This document shows positions 1 to 9,340 of a stretch of 64,000 nt of DNA, in pieces. Position 1 is the stretch's first letter. Each line of letters opens with the position of its first letter. Both the position numbers and the translations under genes were made by a program. The stretch lies in assembly GCA_050951805.1 (NCBI GenBank), contig JBMNJT010000004.1, forward strand, positions 128,001-192,000. Direction: 5' to 3'. Under the pieces are notes generated by a model. It made no database searches and was not told where the DNA came from. It was given only the letters and a program-made list of their open reading frames with translations. This stretch comes from Bacillota bacterium. Its GTDB lineage: Bacteria > Bacillota > DTU025.

Positions 1-273
1 CGGGAGCTAGGCATACCCTGCGGCGTAGTGATTAACAGGGCCGGGTTGGGGGATGAGGCCGTTTCAGCCTATTGCAGCCGCGAGGGCATCCCTGTGTTGC
101 TTGAAATACCATACGACAGGAAGTACGCCGAATGCTACGCTAAGGGCGGAAGGCTTGTGGATGACTTTCCAGAGCTCCGAGGCGCTTTGAAGGGGTTGTG
201 GCGCAAGATCAGTGCGAGCGGCGAATCTGGCGCAGAGGGAGAGGATGGGCGAAGGGAGATGGGTGAGATATGA
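1..273 (+). CDS. C-terminal part of a MinD/ParA-family P-loop ATPase with 4Fe-4S insert (partial at window edge)
   Basis: GVVINR...YC..EGIPVLLEIPYDR..AE.YAKG resembles the C-terminus of the paralog that follows; its stop overlaps the next ATG (ATGA). Confidence 0.8.
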   Translation, partial: RELGIPCGVVINRAGLGDEAVSAYCSREGIPVLLEIPYDRKYAECYAKGGRLVDDFPELRGALKGLWRKISASGESGAEGEDGRREMGEI

Positions 274-1193
274 AGGAGTTGCTCGTGATAAGCGGCAAGG
301 GAGGCACCGGCAAGACGAGTGTAGTTGCGTCATTTGCGGCTTTGGCGGAGAACAAAGTCTTAGTCGACTGCGATGTGGATGCTGCCGACCTTCACCTCTT
401 GCTTTCGCCAGAGGTAGTTGAATCCCATGAATTCATGGCTTCGCGACAGGCAACTGTCGATGTGAGCCGATGCACGGGGTGCGGTCATTGCAGCGAAGTG
501 TGCCGCTTCGGCGCTATAGCCATGGCCTATGGGCATCCAACCATCGATCCGATTTCCTGTGAAGGGTGTACTGTGTGCTCCCATATTTGTCCCGAGGGTG
601 CTATAACCATGGTCGACGTCATGTCAGGGCACTGGTACGTATCCCATACCCGGTTTGGGCCGATGGTCCATGCCAAGCTCAAGGCGGCTGAAGAGAACTC
701 AGGGAAGCTCGTATCCCAAGTGAGGCGCAAGGCGCGGGAGATAGCCGAAAGCCAGGGGCACGAGTTGATCATTACCGACGGGCCGCCTGGGGTGGGATGC
801 CCCGTCATATCCTCCATCTCCGGAGTGGATCTTGCCTTGATCGTAACGGAACCCACGGTGGCGGGGGTCCACGACATGGAGCGGGTCCTCGACCTTACGT
901 GCCATTTCGGTGTAGAGTCGGCGGTATGTATCAACAAGTGCGATCTTGATGGGGCTAATGCTGAGCGCATAGAGGATTACTGTTGTGCAAGGGGAATCGA
1001 GATTGCGGGGAAGATCCCGTTCGATGAGGATATGGTAAGGGCGGTTGTAAGGGGTGAGCCGCCTGTTCTGTACGGAGATGGTGCTCCTGATTGCGCGGGC
1101 CCAGATAGCGTTGCGGGCGAAGCCGCGCAGGCTATACGCCAGCTTTGGGATAGGGTCGCTGTTCTTCTCGCGCGTGATGCGGGCTCTTTCTAG
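270..1193 (+). CDS. MinD-superfamily P-loop ATPase with inserted 2x[4Fe-4S] ferredoxin domain (COG1149-like)
   Basis: SGKGGTGKT Walker A, DCDVD, CTGCGHCSEVC and CEGCTVCSHICP, DGPPGVGCP. Confidence 0.92.
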   Translation: MKELLVISGKGGTGKTSVVASFAALAENKVLVDCDVDAADLHLLLSPEVVESHEFMASRQATVDVSRCTGCGHCSEVCRFGAIAMAYGHPTIDPISCEGCTVCSHICPEGAITMVDVMSGHWYVSHTRFGPMVHAKLKAAEENSGKLVSQVRRKAREIAESQGHELIITDGPPGVGCPVISSISGVDLALIVTEPTVAGVHDMERVLDLTCHFGVESAVCINKCDLDGANAERIEDYCCARGIEIAGKIPFDEDMVRAVVRGEPPVLYGDGAPDCAGPDSVAGEAAQAIRQLWDRVAVLLARDAGSF

Positions 1194-1203
1194 GAGCGGA
1201 GGC

Positions 1204-1788
1204 TTACCCGAACAGTGAAAAAAGGTAGCTGAGGATGGCTCCAACAACGGCGCCGACCACGTATTCCATGACCTTGCTTTGCCAGCTGCGCTCCTTGGCG
1301 AGGGCTGCGTCGAGCTCCTCGATCATCCTCGATTGCTCTGCTATGGCTCTTGAGAGAACCTCAATCTGGTTCGGCTGGTCTGCCAGGGCCTGCACGAGCA
1401 CGCGCGAGATATCGCTTGCAGTCATGGGTTCGACAGAAGACCCGACTTGAGCATACGCGCTGCTGTCGGCGAGGACGAGACTGTCGGCTTCCTCGACAGT
1501 TATCACAGCGACGTCTTTTCCTTCAACATTTACGATTTCGAAAGAAGTTCGGGGCTTAGGCTCCAGTTTTTCGAGGGCGTCTACATACAGTCTTCGCGCC
1601 TTTTTGATGTCGGTGCCTATGATTTCGCCTGACTCTTCTATGCCAACGAGGATCGTGCCGCCAGACGTGTTGGACAGGGCACCTATCAGCCTCGACAGGT
1701 CCTTAGGCTTCTTGGGCTTAGCTCTGAATTCAACCTTTTCATTCTGCCCCTGGGCGATGAGATCGCAAATCTTTTGAGACTTTGTCAC
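1204..1788 (-). CDS. Schlafen/AlbA_2 domain protein with coiled coil and C-terminal transmembrane helix
   Basis: LIAQGQNEKVEFR...IGALSNTSGGTILVGIEE..IIG is the AlbA_2 signature; C-terminal YVVGAVVGAILSYLFSLFG is hydrophobic; AGGGGG RBS before GTG. Confidence 0.8.
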   Translation of the reverse strand: MTKSQKICDLIAQGQNEKVEFRAKPKKPKDLSRLIGALSNTSGGTILVGIEESGEIIGTDIKKARRLYVDALEKLEPKPRTSFEIVNVEGKDVAVITVEEADSLVLADSSAYAQVGSSVEPMTASDISRVLVQALADQPNQIEVLSRAIAEQSRMIEELDAALAKERSWQSKVMEYVVGAVVGAILSYLFSLFG

Positions 1789-1846
1789 ATTAATGGCCCC
1801 CTAAGCAGCACATTGCGCCAATACCATTTCCAGTTCTGCCGTGAGC

Positions 1847-2300
1847 TTACTCAATTTCCAGTAAGAATGCAAGCAGTTGATTCCTGCCCCAAAGTTTGCC
1901 AGCCGCATACCGTTGGAGCGGGGCAAGGTCAACCATCTTGTCGGCCTGTCCGTATGATCCCGGCGGCACGATCATCTTCTCCCCCGGACGCCAATCTGCC
2001 GGGGTGGCCACTTTCTGCCCGTCAGAAGTGTGCACGGCGATGAGCAGGCGCTTGATCTCGTCGAGGGTAGGCCTATGTCACCCGCTGACGGCTGAATCAT
2101 CCCTCACTTCTTTGCCACCTCCATCTTCAGATCGACAGATGAGCGGGAACTTGATTTTCTCTTTGATGGTTCTTGGCCAAGCGATGTGGCTGAAGAGTAT
2201 GCCCACTTGTTCTCGTAGTCATTGGCGAAAGAGACTGTGCCACGGCTTCGAAGCTCGGGGCCTTCTCTTTGATAAGCGGAATCCGCACGGTCTCTTCACA
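1847..2300 (-). pseudogene. Peroxiredoxin (TdxH/Prx6-like) pseudogene
   Basis: Fragments in different frames: RIPLIKEKAPSFEA, DYENKW, ILFSH-IAW.RTIKEKI, DLKMEVAKK*GMIQP, DEIKRLLIA..TSD...VATPADWRPG; the active-site FTPVCTTE segment is absent. Confidence 0.8.
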
Positions 2301-2499
2301 ACAAGTTGAATTGGCGGTTTCTCTCATATCTGCTTTTCACACAGTCTGCACACGCCACGCCATTATACATGGATTGCGTGGCGCGGCCGATCTCTTCAAT
2401 GGTTGTTATCAATCCCATGTCGTCAAGAATCCACAAGGTTCGATAGACTGTAGTTCTCGTGGACGTGGTGATATATGGTTTCCGCGTCGGTGCGGTCAC
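2296..2499 (-). pseudogene. Fur/PerR-family regulator remnant
   Basis: TTVYRTLWILDDMGLI recognition helix and a C-terminal GV.CADC; the central metal-binding region is missing; lies directly upstream of the peroxiredoxin relic. Confidence 0.65.
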
Positions 2500-2971
2500 T
2501 CGACTCTGCTAATTCCTCACAAGAATCACTAATATGTCTGGGGTGTCAATGGTTGCCTCCATTCTTATTGTCCCATCTGCTGTTTGTGGAAAGCACAATT
2601 GAAGAAGCTTGCTCGACTTCATGCATGCTGGTTTAGCTGCCTGATCCCGAATCGAACTCGGAAAGGTTAGAGGATTCCAGAGCTAACCTTTTTGCAATGC
2701 AGATGCTCCTCAGCCATCTCCTATTAGAACCTGAGGCGGGTATGAGACCCCTTCCATCGCGGTGATGTTCAAACTGAATCTGCTATGGCTATTGCCAGTT
2801 GGCGCCTTAATCTCAGACCGATGCAGATATGGAGGATTATGGTGATATACCTCGAAATACACGTTCATGGTCCTGGGCTTGGGCGCACAACAAAGTGCAG
2901 AGGCACCCGAGTCCATGAACACGAATCTTAACCTTTGGGGTTAATATACGATTTGACTTGGGGGACGTAAT

Positions 2972-3216
2972 TTGCGTATAATGTTCAGGGATGAAGACCT
3001 CCAATTGGCATGCACAGATCCTGATGTTGGCAGACGTAGATGGGGAGAATCTTGTGCAAAGGTGATCAGGCGAAGACTTGATCAGCTTCGGGCTGCAGAA
3101 ACACTTGAAGACATGAGGAATCTGTGGAATGTCCGCTGCCGCGGAAACCGGATGGAGGTTTGGACTGGACGAAAGTGAAGGAAATTGTCGTAATTGGGGT
3201 GGTGGACTACCATTGA
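2972..3216 (+). pseudogene. higB: HigB (RelE-like) toxin with internal deletion and frameshift
   Basis: N-half MRIMFRDEDL...KVIRRRLDQLRAAETLEDMRNL; C-terminus PLPRKPDGGLDWTKVKEIVVIGVVDYH* in another frame ending at 3216. Confidence 0.8.
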
Positions 3217-4322
3217 CTGAGAAGGGCATAGGAATGTACGAGTACGTGCCAGATGTGGTATCACCGCCTGGTTCCACGCTGCTGGAGACGATTGAGGCGT
3301 TGGGGATGACTCAAGCAGAATTGGCACGGCGAATGGGCCGTCCGGTAAAGACGATAAATGAGATTATCAATGGGAAAACCGCAATAACTCCGAAGACGGC
3401 CTTGCAGCTTGAACGCGTTTTAGGCATTCCTGCACATTTCTGGAGAAATCGTGAGGAGCAGTATCAGCAGTATCTTTTGGCCCAAAGGGACGAAAAAGAG
3501 CTGGCTGAGTATAGCTATTGGCTGGAGGAGATACCGTTCAGGTATCTTGTGACAAGTGGCTGGGTAAAGGATGGCGCGAATGATGCCGAACGAGTCAGGC
3601 TTGGCTTGGAGTATTTCGGAGTAGCGTCAGTCGATGCATGGCGCTCGACATGGGGTTCGCCGACCGCAGTTTATCGCCGGTCGCCGGTTTTTGAGGCCAA
3701 ACCCGGAGCGGTGGCCGCATGGCTGCGGAAGGGTGAGATAGAAGCAAGGACAATAGAGTGCAGCCCTTACAGGAAGAAGGCGTTTGCTTCGGCTCTTCAG
3801 GATATTCGTATTCTCACAGTGGAGCAGCCAGAGGTTTTCATTCCGAAAATGCAATCCTTGTGTGCCCAAACTGGTGTGGCAGTAGTTTTCGTGCCTGAAG
3901 TGCCCGAAAGCCGCGCATCGGGTGCTGCTCGATGGTTGAACAGACAGAAGGCCCTTATTCAGCTGAGCTTTCGCTACAAGACCGACGATCAACTTTGGTT
4001 TACATTTTTCCATGAAGCAGCCCACGTACTGGGCGGCTACCAGAGCAGTGCATTCATTGACAATTTCGAACCCAACGATCTCGCATCAGAAGTAGAGCTT
4101 GAGGCGGATCGCTTCGCTGCCGACATCCTCATGCCGCCGACTGAGTATCGCAAGTTTACCGAAGGCATTCAGGGAGGGCGAATAAGTCGGAACAAGGTTT
4201 CAGCATTTGCCAAGTCAATCGGCGTGGCCCCGGGAATTGTTGTCGGACGTCTGCAACATGATGGGCTACTGCCGTACACTCATCTTAACGGGCTCAAAGT
4301 GCGTCTGAAATGGCCTACATGA
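3213..4322 (+). CDS. higA: HigA-family HTH antitoxin fused to ImmA/IrrE metallopeptidase domain
   Basis: PPG..L.E.IEALGMTQAELARRMG...INEIINGKTAIT HTH; WFTFFHEAAH HExxH motif; TTG start overlaps the higB stop (alternative ATG at 3234). Confidence 0.88.
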   Translation: MTEKGIGMYEYVPDVVSPPGSTLLETIEALGMTQAELARRMGRPVKTINEIINGKTAITPKTALQLERVLGIPAHFWRNREEQYQQYLLAQRDEKELAEYSYWLEEIPFRYLVTSGWVKDGANDAERVRLGLEYFGVASVDAWRSTWGSPTAVYRRSPVFEAKPGAVAAWLRKGEIEARTIECSPYRKKAFASALQDIRILTVEQPEVFIPKMQSLCAQTGVAVVFVPEVPESRASGAARWLNRQKALIQLSFRYKTDDQLWFTFFHEAAHVLGGYQSSAFIDNFEPNDLASEVELEADRFAADILMPPTEYRKFTEGIQGGRISRNKVSAFAKSIGVAPGIVVGRLQHDGLLPYTHLNGLKVRLKWPT

Positions 4323-4376
4323 TTTGAGGCTTGATCCGTTTTCCGGCGTATCTGCCGATGACTAGATTGTGTCGCA

Positions 4377-4812
4377 TCACAGCCACACCCCTGTTGGGTT
4401 TTTGACTTTCCCCTGGATCTTGAGTCTAAAGACATATTCCATGCGCCTATTGACGTCCTTGTTGGGATCCCTGACATAGCTCTGAATTGCCTAAGCACAG
4501 ATTTCTGCATCCATTTTTGTTGAATGCCTGATTGCATCACAGACGGCCCGTCGTGCCATTGACCACCTGCTCGGAAAGCCCAATGTTGATGAGACGGGGC
4601 TTAACGAAGTATGCCTTTAGAGCGGGGTATTCAAGCTTAAGTTTCGTTTTGTTGATCAGGTGTCAGGGGTTTGGTCAATATACCCGTGAAAGTGGAGTGC
4701 GCTGTCCATGCAGAGCATTGCTTCGGGAATCAGCCGGAAGATGATCTTCATCTCTGAGGCCGTCTGCGGTCCACTCGTAGACCACTCTCTTTACTGCATC
4801 ATGTTTGCTCAT
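4377..4812 (-). pseudogene. AbiEi (type IV TA antitoxin) pseudogene
   Basis: Manual translation: IIFRLIPEAMLCMDSALHFHGYIDQTPDT*, LEYPALKAYFVKP, KMDAEICA*AIQSYVRDPNKDVNRRMEYVFRLKIQGKVKNPTGVWL*; contains stops and frameshifts. Confidence 0.7.
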
Positions 4813-5197
4813 AGAAAACACCTCGTCAAAAGTATCCGTGGCATCTATAAACAAGCTGACACTTTTGACAAAGCAGACGGCGGCTGTGGCGTCAATGGTG
4901 AAGCGCAGGTGCAGGTTAATAGGCTAGCCATTACGGGGGCCACGTGCTCTGTCAGGCAGACAAGTTCAGTGGATCCATATTTGAGCCCGGTTTTCTATTG
5001 TGAGGCCAATTTCTGCATTGAGAATATCCACAACAAGGGAAGTACCAGTTTGACGTTTCCGGTGGGGCAAGTCCATATTTGCGCAGGGAGCATCCTCCGC
5101 AGTCAGAGGCAGGGATAGGATGTCAACCGAATTGGGCAGCATCACAAAAAAGGAAACCTGGGGGCAAATGAACCAGCATAGCGCCAGCGATTAGGGA

Positions 5198-5363
5198 GTC
5201 CGGGGCGAGGCATATCTGGTCAGGTTTGCGGATAGCTTCGTGGTCTGCTTCGAGCACAAGCAGGATGCAGAACGGTTTTATCGAGCGTTGGTGGAACGTA
5301 TGGGGGAAATTCGGGCTGGAGCTTGCGGAGGAAAAGGTGCGCTTACTGCTCTTCGGCCGATTT
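5198..5363 (+). mobile_element. Group II intron reverse transcriptase/maturase fragment (RT5-RT7)
   Basis: VRGEAYLVRFADSFVVCFEHKQDAERFYRALVERMG/(frameshift)KFGLELAEEKVRLLLFGRF; the catalytic (Y/F)ADD motif reads FADS. Confidence 0.8.
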
Positions 5364-5426
5364 GATATTCATCTCAAGCTATTGGGCTCTTGATTCTGCG
5401 TCCACCTGGGGATGGATCTTCAGGAT

Positions 5427-5465
5427 AAAAAACGCTTCGCCCTGGCAGTTAGCCTGGGCGAAGCG
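5427..5465 (-). terminator. Rho-independent terminator of the HAD/ABC operon
   Basis: On the minus strand CGCTTCGCCC...GGGCGAAGCG is followed by TTTTTT. Confidence 0.8.
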
Positions 5466-5519
5466 GCAGTTGCGCGAGAAATCGAGGTTCGAGTCAGTAC
5501 TCATCTGACGGTTATTGGC

Positions 5520-6350
5520 TCAATAGACTAGATCCTCTACAGAATTCATGACAATGTCAGGTCGGAATTCTATCGGGTAAGCATCTGGAGCGCTCATGTC
5601 GAGGCCCTTGGAATTTCCGCTGAGCACGAGAATGGTGCTCAACCCCAATCGATTCCCGGCAAGGATATCTGTTTCAAGAGTGTCGCCTACAATGGCGCAC
5701 TCCGCTGCGTCGAGCCCACTTTGTTCCAAGGCCATTTCCAGCAACAGGGTTCCAGGTTTTCCTACGATTACGTCAGGATCGCGATTAACCATGGCCGTTA
5801 TAGCTGCTACTATTGCCCCCGCTCCTGGTTCCAAGCCGTCTTGCGAGGGAACTGTTGGGTCACAATTCACGGCTACAAAACGTGCACCTGACTGGAGAAC
5901 GCGCAGGGCACATGTGAGCCGAGCAAAGCTTAGATCATTATCCTTGCCGGCAATGAGGTAGTGGGCTTTTTCAGGATTTCTGGTTGAGGCATTACGCGCA
6001 TCCAGGCCAGCAGCTAACGCCTCTTCCAGAAGCCCTTCAGATCCCAACACGTATGTTACGGCGCCCGGCATCTGACTTGCCACATACTTTGCTGCACATT
6101 CGCTTGCTATGAATACTTCGCTGCTGTCAACGTCCAGACCCATGTGCTTGAATATTGAAAGGCATTTCGCCTTTGAGCGCGAGCTAGTATTGGAGACAAA
6201 CATGAGTTGTTTGCCTTCTCTCCTGAGCTGTTTAAGCGTATTCGCTACGCCTGGAATGGGATGGTCGCCAAGCCACAACACTCCGTCGAGGTCAAACATG
6301 AAACCTTTGATGTCTCTGATAACGTTGTTCCTGTCAGTGATCTGTGTCAT
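5520..6350 (-). CDS. HAD-IIA (NagD-like) phosphatase
   Basis: FDLDGVLW, FVSNTS, VGKP and IVGDTLETDI motifs; start taken at MTQIT, overlapping the upstream ATPase gene. Confidence 0.9.
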   Translation of the reverse strand: MTQITDRNNVIRDIKGFMFDLDGVLWLGDHPIPGVANTLKQLRREGKQLMFVSNTSSRSKAKCLSIFKHMGLDVDSSEVFIASECAAKYVASQMPGAVTYVLGSEGLLEEALAAGLDARNASTRNPEKAHYLIAGKDNDLSFARLTCALRVLQSGARFVAVNCDPTVPSQDGLEPGAGAIVAAITAMVNRDPDVIVGKPGTLLLEMALEQSGLDAAECAIVGDTLETDILAGNRLGLSTILVLSGNSKGLDMSAPDAYPIEFRPDIVMNSVEDLVY

Positions 6351-7434
6351 CCCCAATTCTCTTCCCTGTTTCTGCATCATAGATGTTGATCTGTGAGCGG
6401 TCCAGCTCAAGCCAGACTTGCTGGTTCCCTTGGAATGACGTGCCTCTGTCGGCACGAATAACGATCTCGATTCCGTTTGAGTCGGCATATACGAGCACCG
6501 ATGGACCAACTGGCAATGTTGCGTATACCACAGCTGGAATCCGACCGGGCTGATTATCGTTGCAAAGAGTCAGGCCCTCAGGCCTTATGGCTAGCACAAC
6601 TTGGTCTGGCCAACCAGGTTGAGCTGGCCAAAGTACTGTATCACCTACAGCTAGGTAAGGTGAGTCTCCGTTGCGAACGACCTTTGCGTCTAGAAAGTTA
6701 GTCTGAGGGTTGCCGGTAAACTCCGCGACGAAATGCGTGGCAGGACGTTCATATACGTCTTCTGGGGGCGAATACTGCTCAAGCTGTCCATGGTTCATCA
6801 CGGCAATCTTGGTTGAAAGCGTGAGCGCCTCTTCTTGGTCGTGCGTCACGTAGACTACAGTGGTGTTTGCCTCCTGATGCATCCGTTTCAGGCTTGCTCG
6901 CATCTGCATTCTGAGTCGAGTATCCAGATTTGATAGCGGCTCATCCATCAGAAGCAGCTCGGGTTCGACTATTACCATGCGGGCTAGTGCTACGCGTTGC
7001 TGTTGGCCTCCTGAAAGCTCTGATGGATACCGATCGGCTAGGTCTTCTAACCCTACCTGCTTCAGAGTGCCAAATACCTTGGCCTCGATTTTATCGCGTG
7101 GCATTTTTTGCTGAACGAGACCGAATGCCACGTTGTCAAAGACTGTCATATGCGGCCACAGAGCGTAAGATTGAAAGATTATCCCCAGGCCACGGGCGGC
7201 TGGAGGAAGGTTGATTCCCTGACTTGCGGAGAAAACAAGTTTCCCGTTTATGTATATGTCTCCAGCGTCGGGATCTTCGAGCCCTGCAATCATTCTGAGC
7301 GTGGTGGTCTTCCCACAGCCAGACGGTCCGAGCAAGGTAGCGAAATCCCCTTTGCCGATGTCGAAACTGAGGTTGTCCACAGCCTTTACTCCTGGCCATT
7401 CCTTGGTTACGCCGACCAGTTTGACTGCTTCCAT
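6334..7434 (-). CDS. ABC transporter ATP-binding subunit (FbpC/PotA-like)
   Basis: GPSGCGKT, LSGGQQQR, LLMDEPLSNLD and a C-terminal TOBE-like region. Confidence 0.93.
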   Translation of the reverse strand: MEAVKLVGVTKEWPGVKAVDNLSFDIGKGDFATLLGPSGCGKTTTLRMIAGLEDPDAGDIYINGKLVFSASQGINLPPAARGLGIIFQSYALWPHMTVFDNVAFGLVQQKMPRDKIEAKVFGTLKQVGLEDLADRYPSELSGGQQQRVALARMVIVEPELLLMDEPLSNLDTRLRMQMRASLKRMHQEANTTVVYVTHDQEEALTLSTKIAVMNHGQLEQYSPPEDVYERPATHFVAEFTGNPQTNFLDAKVVRNGDSPYLAVGDTVLWPAQPGWPDQVVLAIRPEGLTLCNDNQPGRIPAVVYATLPVGPSVLVYADSNGIEIVIRADRGTSFQGNQQVWLELDRSQINIYDAETGKRIGDDTDH

Positions 7435-7436
7435 AT

Positions 7437-9245
7437 CTACATGCCTCCTAAGCCTTCAGCAATATCCATGTTTTGCCAAGCTTTAATCGCCCAGGTCATT
7501 AATAGTACCAGAAGGGTGAGAAGCACGGTCATGGCATTGCTGAATTGCGTGTAGCCCACTTCTATGTACCTGTAAGTAAGTGTAGTAAGCATGCGATTGG
7601 CGGGCGTAACCAGCAGTATGTATAGACTGAGTTCGCGCATGCTGGTGATAAGGACTATGAGCGCACCAGACACAAAGCCACTCTTTGTTAGCGGAAGCAT
7701 TATCCGGCGCATGCGCTCTCTCCATGACGCGCCAAGAATTACTGCTGCCTCTTCTAGCTCGTGAGATACTTGGAGCATCGATGATACGCCGGATCGCACG
7801 GTATAGGGCAATTGCTTGGCAATGGTAACGAGAACTAGTAAAGTGAATGTGCCGTAGAGTGCGGGGATCGGGCCTCGTCGCACGGCAAACAAAGTCAGGT
7901 ACAGGGCTCCAAAGACTATGCTTGGCACGAGCATCGGGGCGAATGAGATCTGCTCAAGCATGTGAGCGATCGGTGAGTTCCGCGATTTCACTACGACATA
8001 GCCAATCAGCATTCCGAATAGGCCGCATATCAACGCTGAAATAAGTGATAAGCGGACGCTGTTCCAAGCCGCTCCCCGTACTGCTTCGTTACGGAGGATA
8101 CCCGGTTCACCAGCAGCAAACCTGGGATTGCTGGCGCCTATCCAGTAATGCGACGAGAGATTGGATATGCTGTAGTCGCCTGCGTTCAGGCAGAAACTGC
8201 TCCATACAAGGAAGCCCAGAGGGAACACGGATACCATGAACAGAAATATCAAAGTGATCACTGCTATGGGCGTATTCCACTTTCCCAGCTTTACTTTTCG
8301 CGACTTTACTCCTTTTCCCCCTATTGTGGCGTAACTGCGACGAGAGCTGATGAGCTTCTGGTTGAGATACAGGCCAGTGCTGGATATCAACAGCAGAACA
8401 ATTGCTAGTATGTAAGCTTGTGCTTCTCTTTGAGTGTGAATGAGAGAGTATATCTGCGTCGATAAAGTATAGTATCTAGCAGGCAGGCCAAGGATTGCCG
8501 GAGTTCCGAAAGTGCCCATGGAACGCGCTATGCCTAGTAATGCAGTGGAAAGCAAGGCGGGACTTACTATGGGCATGGTTATGTGACGCCCTATGAACCG
8601 TTGGTTGGCGCCGAGGATCTCTGCTGACTCTTCTAGCTGAGAATCTACAGTAGACAGAGCTCCGGATATCAATAGATAGCCAAAGGGATAGTAGTGCAAG
8701 CCCAAGGTAATCATTATGGGGATCGGACCGTAAACCAGCCACTCAGGAGCATTTTTGCCTGTGAGGAAGAAAAGTAGACCATCCGGCAATGCAACAGCAC
8801 TGTTCTGGAAGATCTGTAGCCAAGACAACGACAATACCCAAGAAGGGAGGATATAAGGTACAATGGCTAAGGCGTTGATAAGCTTAGCCCACCGAATGTC
8901 AGTGCGCACTACTAGATATGCCAGGAGAGTGCTTATAAGCAGTATGATGGCTACGGCGCCAACAGTGATTGTAAGAGTATTGAGCAATGGTTTGTAGAAA
9001 ACAGATTTTGCGAAATCTCCAGTTAGCATGCGTCGCCAGTGATACAAAGTGAATTTGCCAGGCTCTACATTTTCACCCTGGATGCGAAGATCGCCAGTCC
9101 CCCATACAAAGGTTCTGCATATGAGTGAGATGAGCGGAACTATTATTAGGTAAGCCAAAATGATCAAGAACAAGATCGATAAGATCGATTCTGGCTTACG
9201 AAGCTGATTCCATGCCTTGCGACCGTGTAATTTCACATTGTTCAT
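7437..9245 (-). CDS. FbpB/AfuB-type duplicated ABC permease
   Basis: Many hydrophobic segments with two EAA loops (LEESAEILGA, LEEAAVILGA). Confidence 0.9.
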   Translation of the reverse strand: MNNVKLHGRKAWNQLRKPESILSILFLIILAYLIIVPLISLICRTFVWGTGDLRIQGENVEPGKFTLYHWRRMLTGDFAKSVFYKPLLNTLTITVGAVAIILLISTLLAYLVVRTDIRWAKLINALAIVPYILPSWVLSLSWLQIFQNSAVALPDGLLFFLTGKNAPEWLVYGPIPIMITLGLHYYPFGYLLISGALSTVDSQLEESAEILGANQRFIGRHITMPIVSPALLSTALLGIARSMGTFGTPAILGLPARYYTLSTQIYSLIHTQREAQAYILAIVLLLISSTGLYLNQKLISSRRSYATIGGKGVKSRKVKLGKWNTPIAVITLIFLFMVSVFPLGFLVWSSFCLNAGDYSISNLSSHYWIGASNPRFAAGEPGILRNEAVRGAAWNSVRLSLISALICGLFGMLIGYVVVKSRNSPIAHMLEQISFAPMLVPSIVFGALYLTLFAVRRGPIPALYGTFTLLVLVTIAKQLPYTVRSGVSSMLQVSHELEEAAVILGASWRERMRRIMLPLTKSGFVSGALIVLITSMRELSLYILLVTPANRMLTTLTYRYIEVGYTQFSNAMTVLLTLLVLLMTWAIKAWQNMDIAEGLGGM

Positions 9246-9272
9246 TGGCTCAACCTCCGCCAGTGCTACATT

Positions 9273-9316
9273 GGCTAAGGCGGATAGTTCCCAAGACGGG
9301 CGCCTCCGCCTTAGCC
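9273..9316 (-). promoter_or_regulatory. Intercistronic stem-loop between binding-protein and permease genes
   Basis: Perfect 12-bp inverted repeat GGCTAAGGCGGA/TCCGCCTTAGCC without a U tract; typical of elements that stabilise SBP mRNA. Confidence 0.55.
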
Positions 9317-9340
9317 TTCAGATTTCTTGGTAGTTGTCCA

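Noticed and set aside
2710-2922. DUF4160-like YHHNPPYLH motif in a 70-aa ORF
   Set aside because: Only the short motif matches, and no supporting downstream sequence could be traced.
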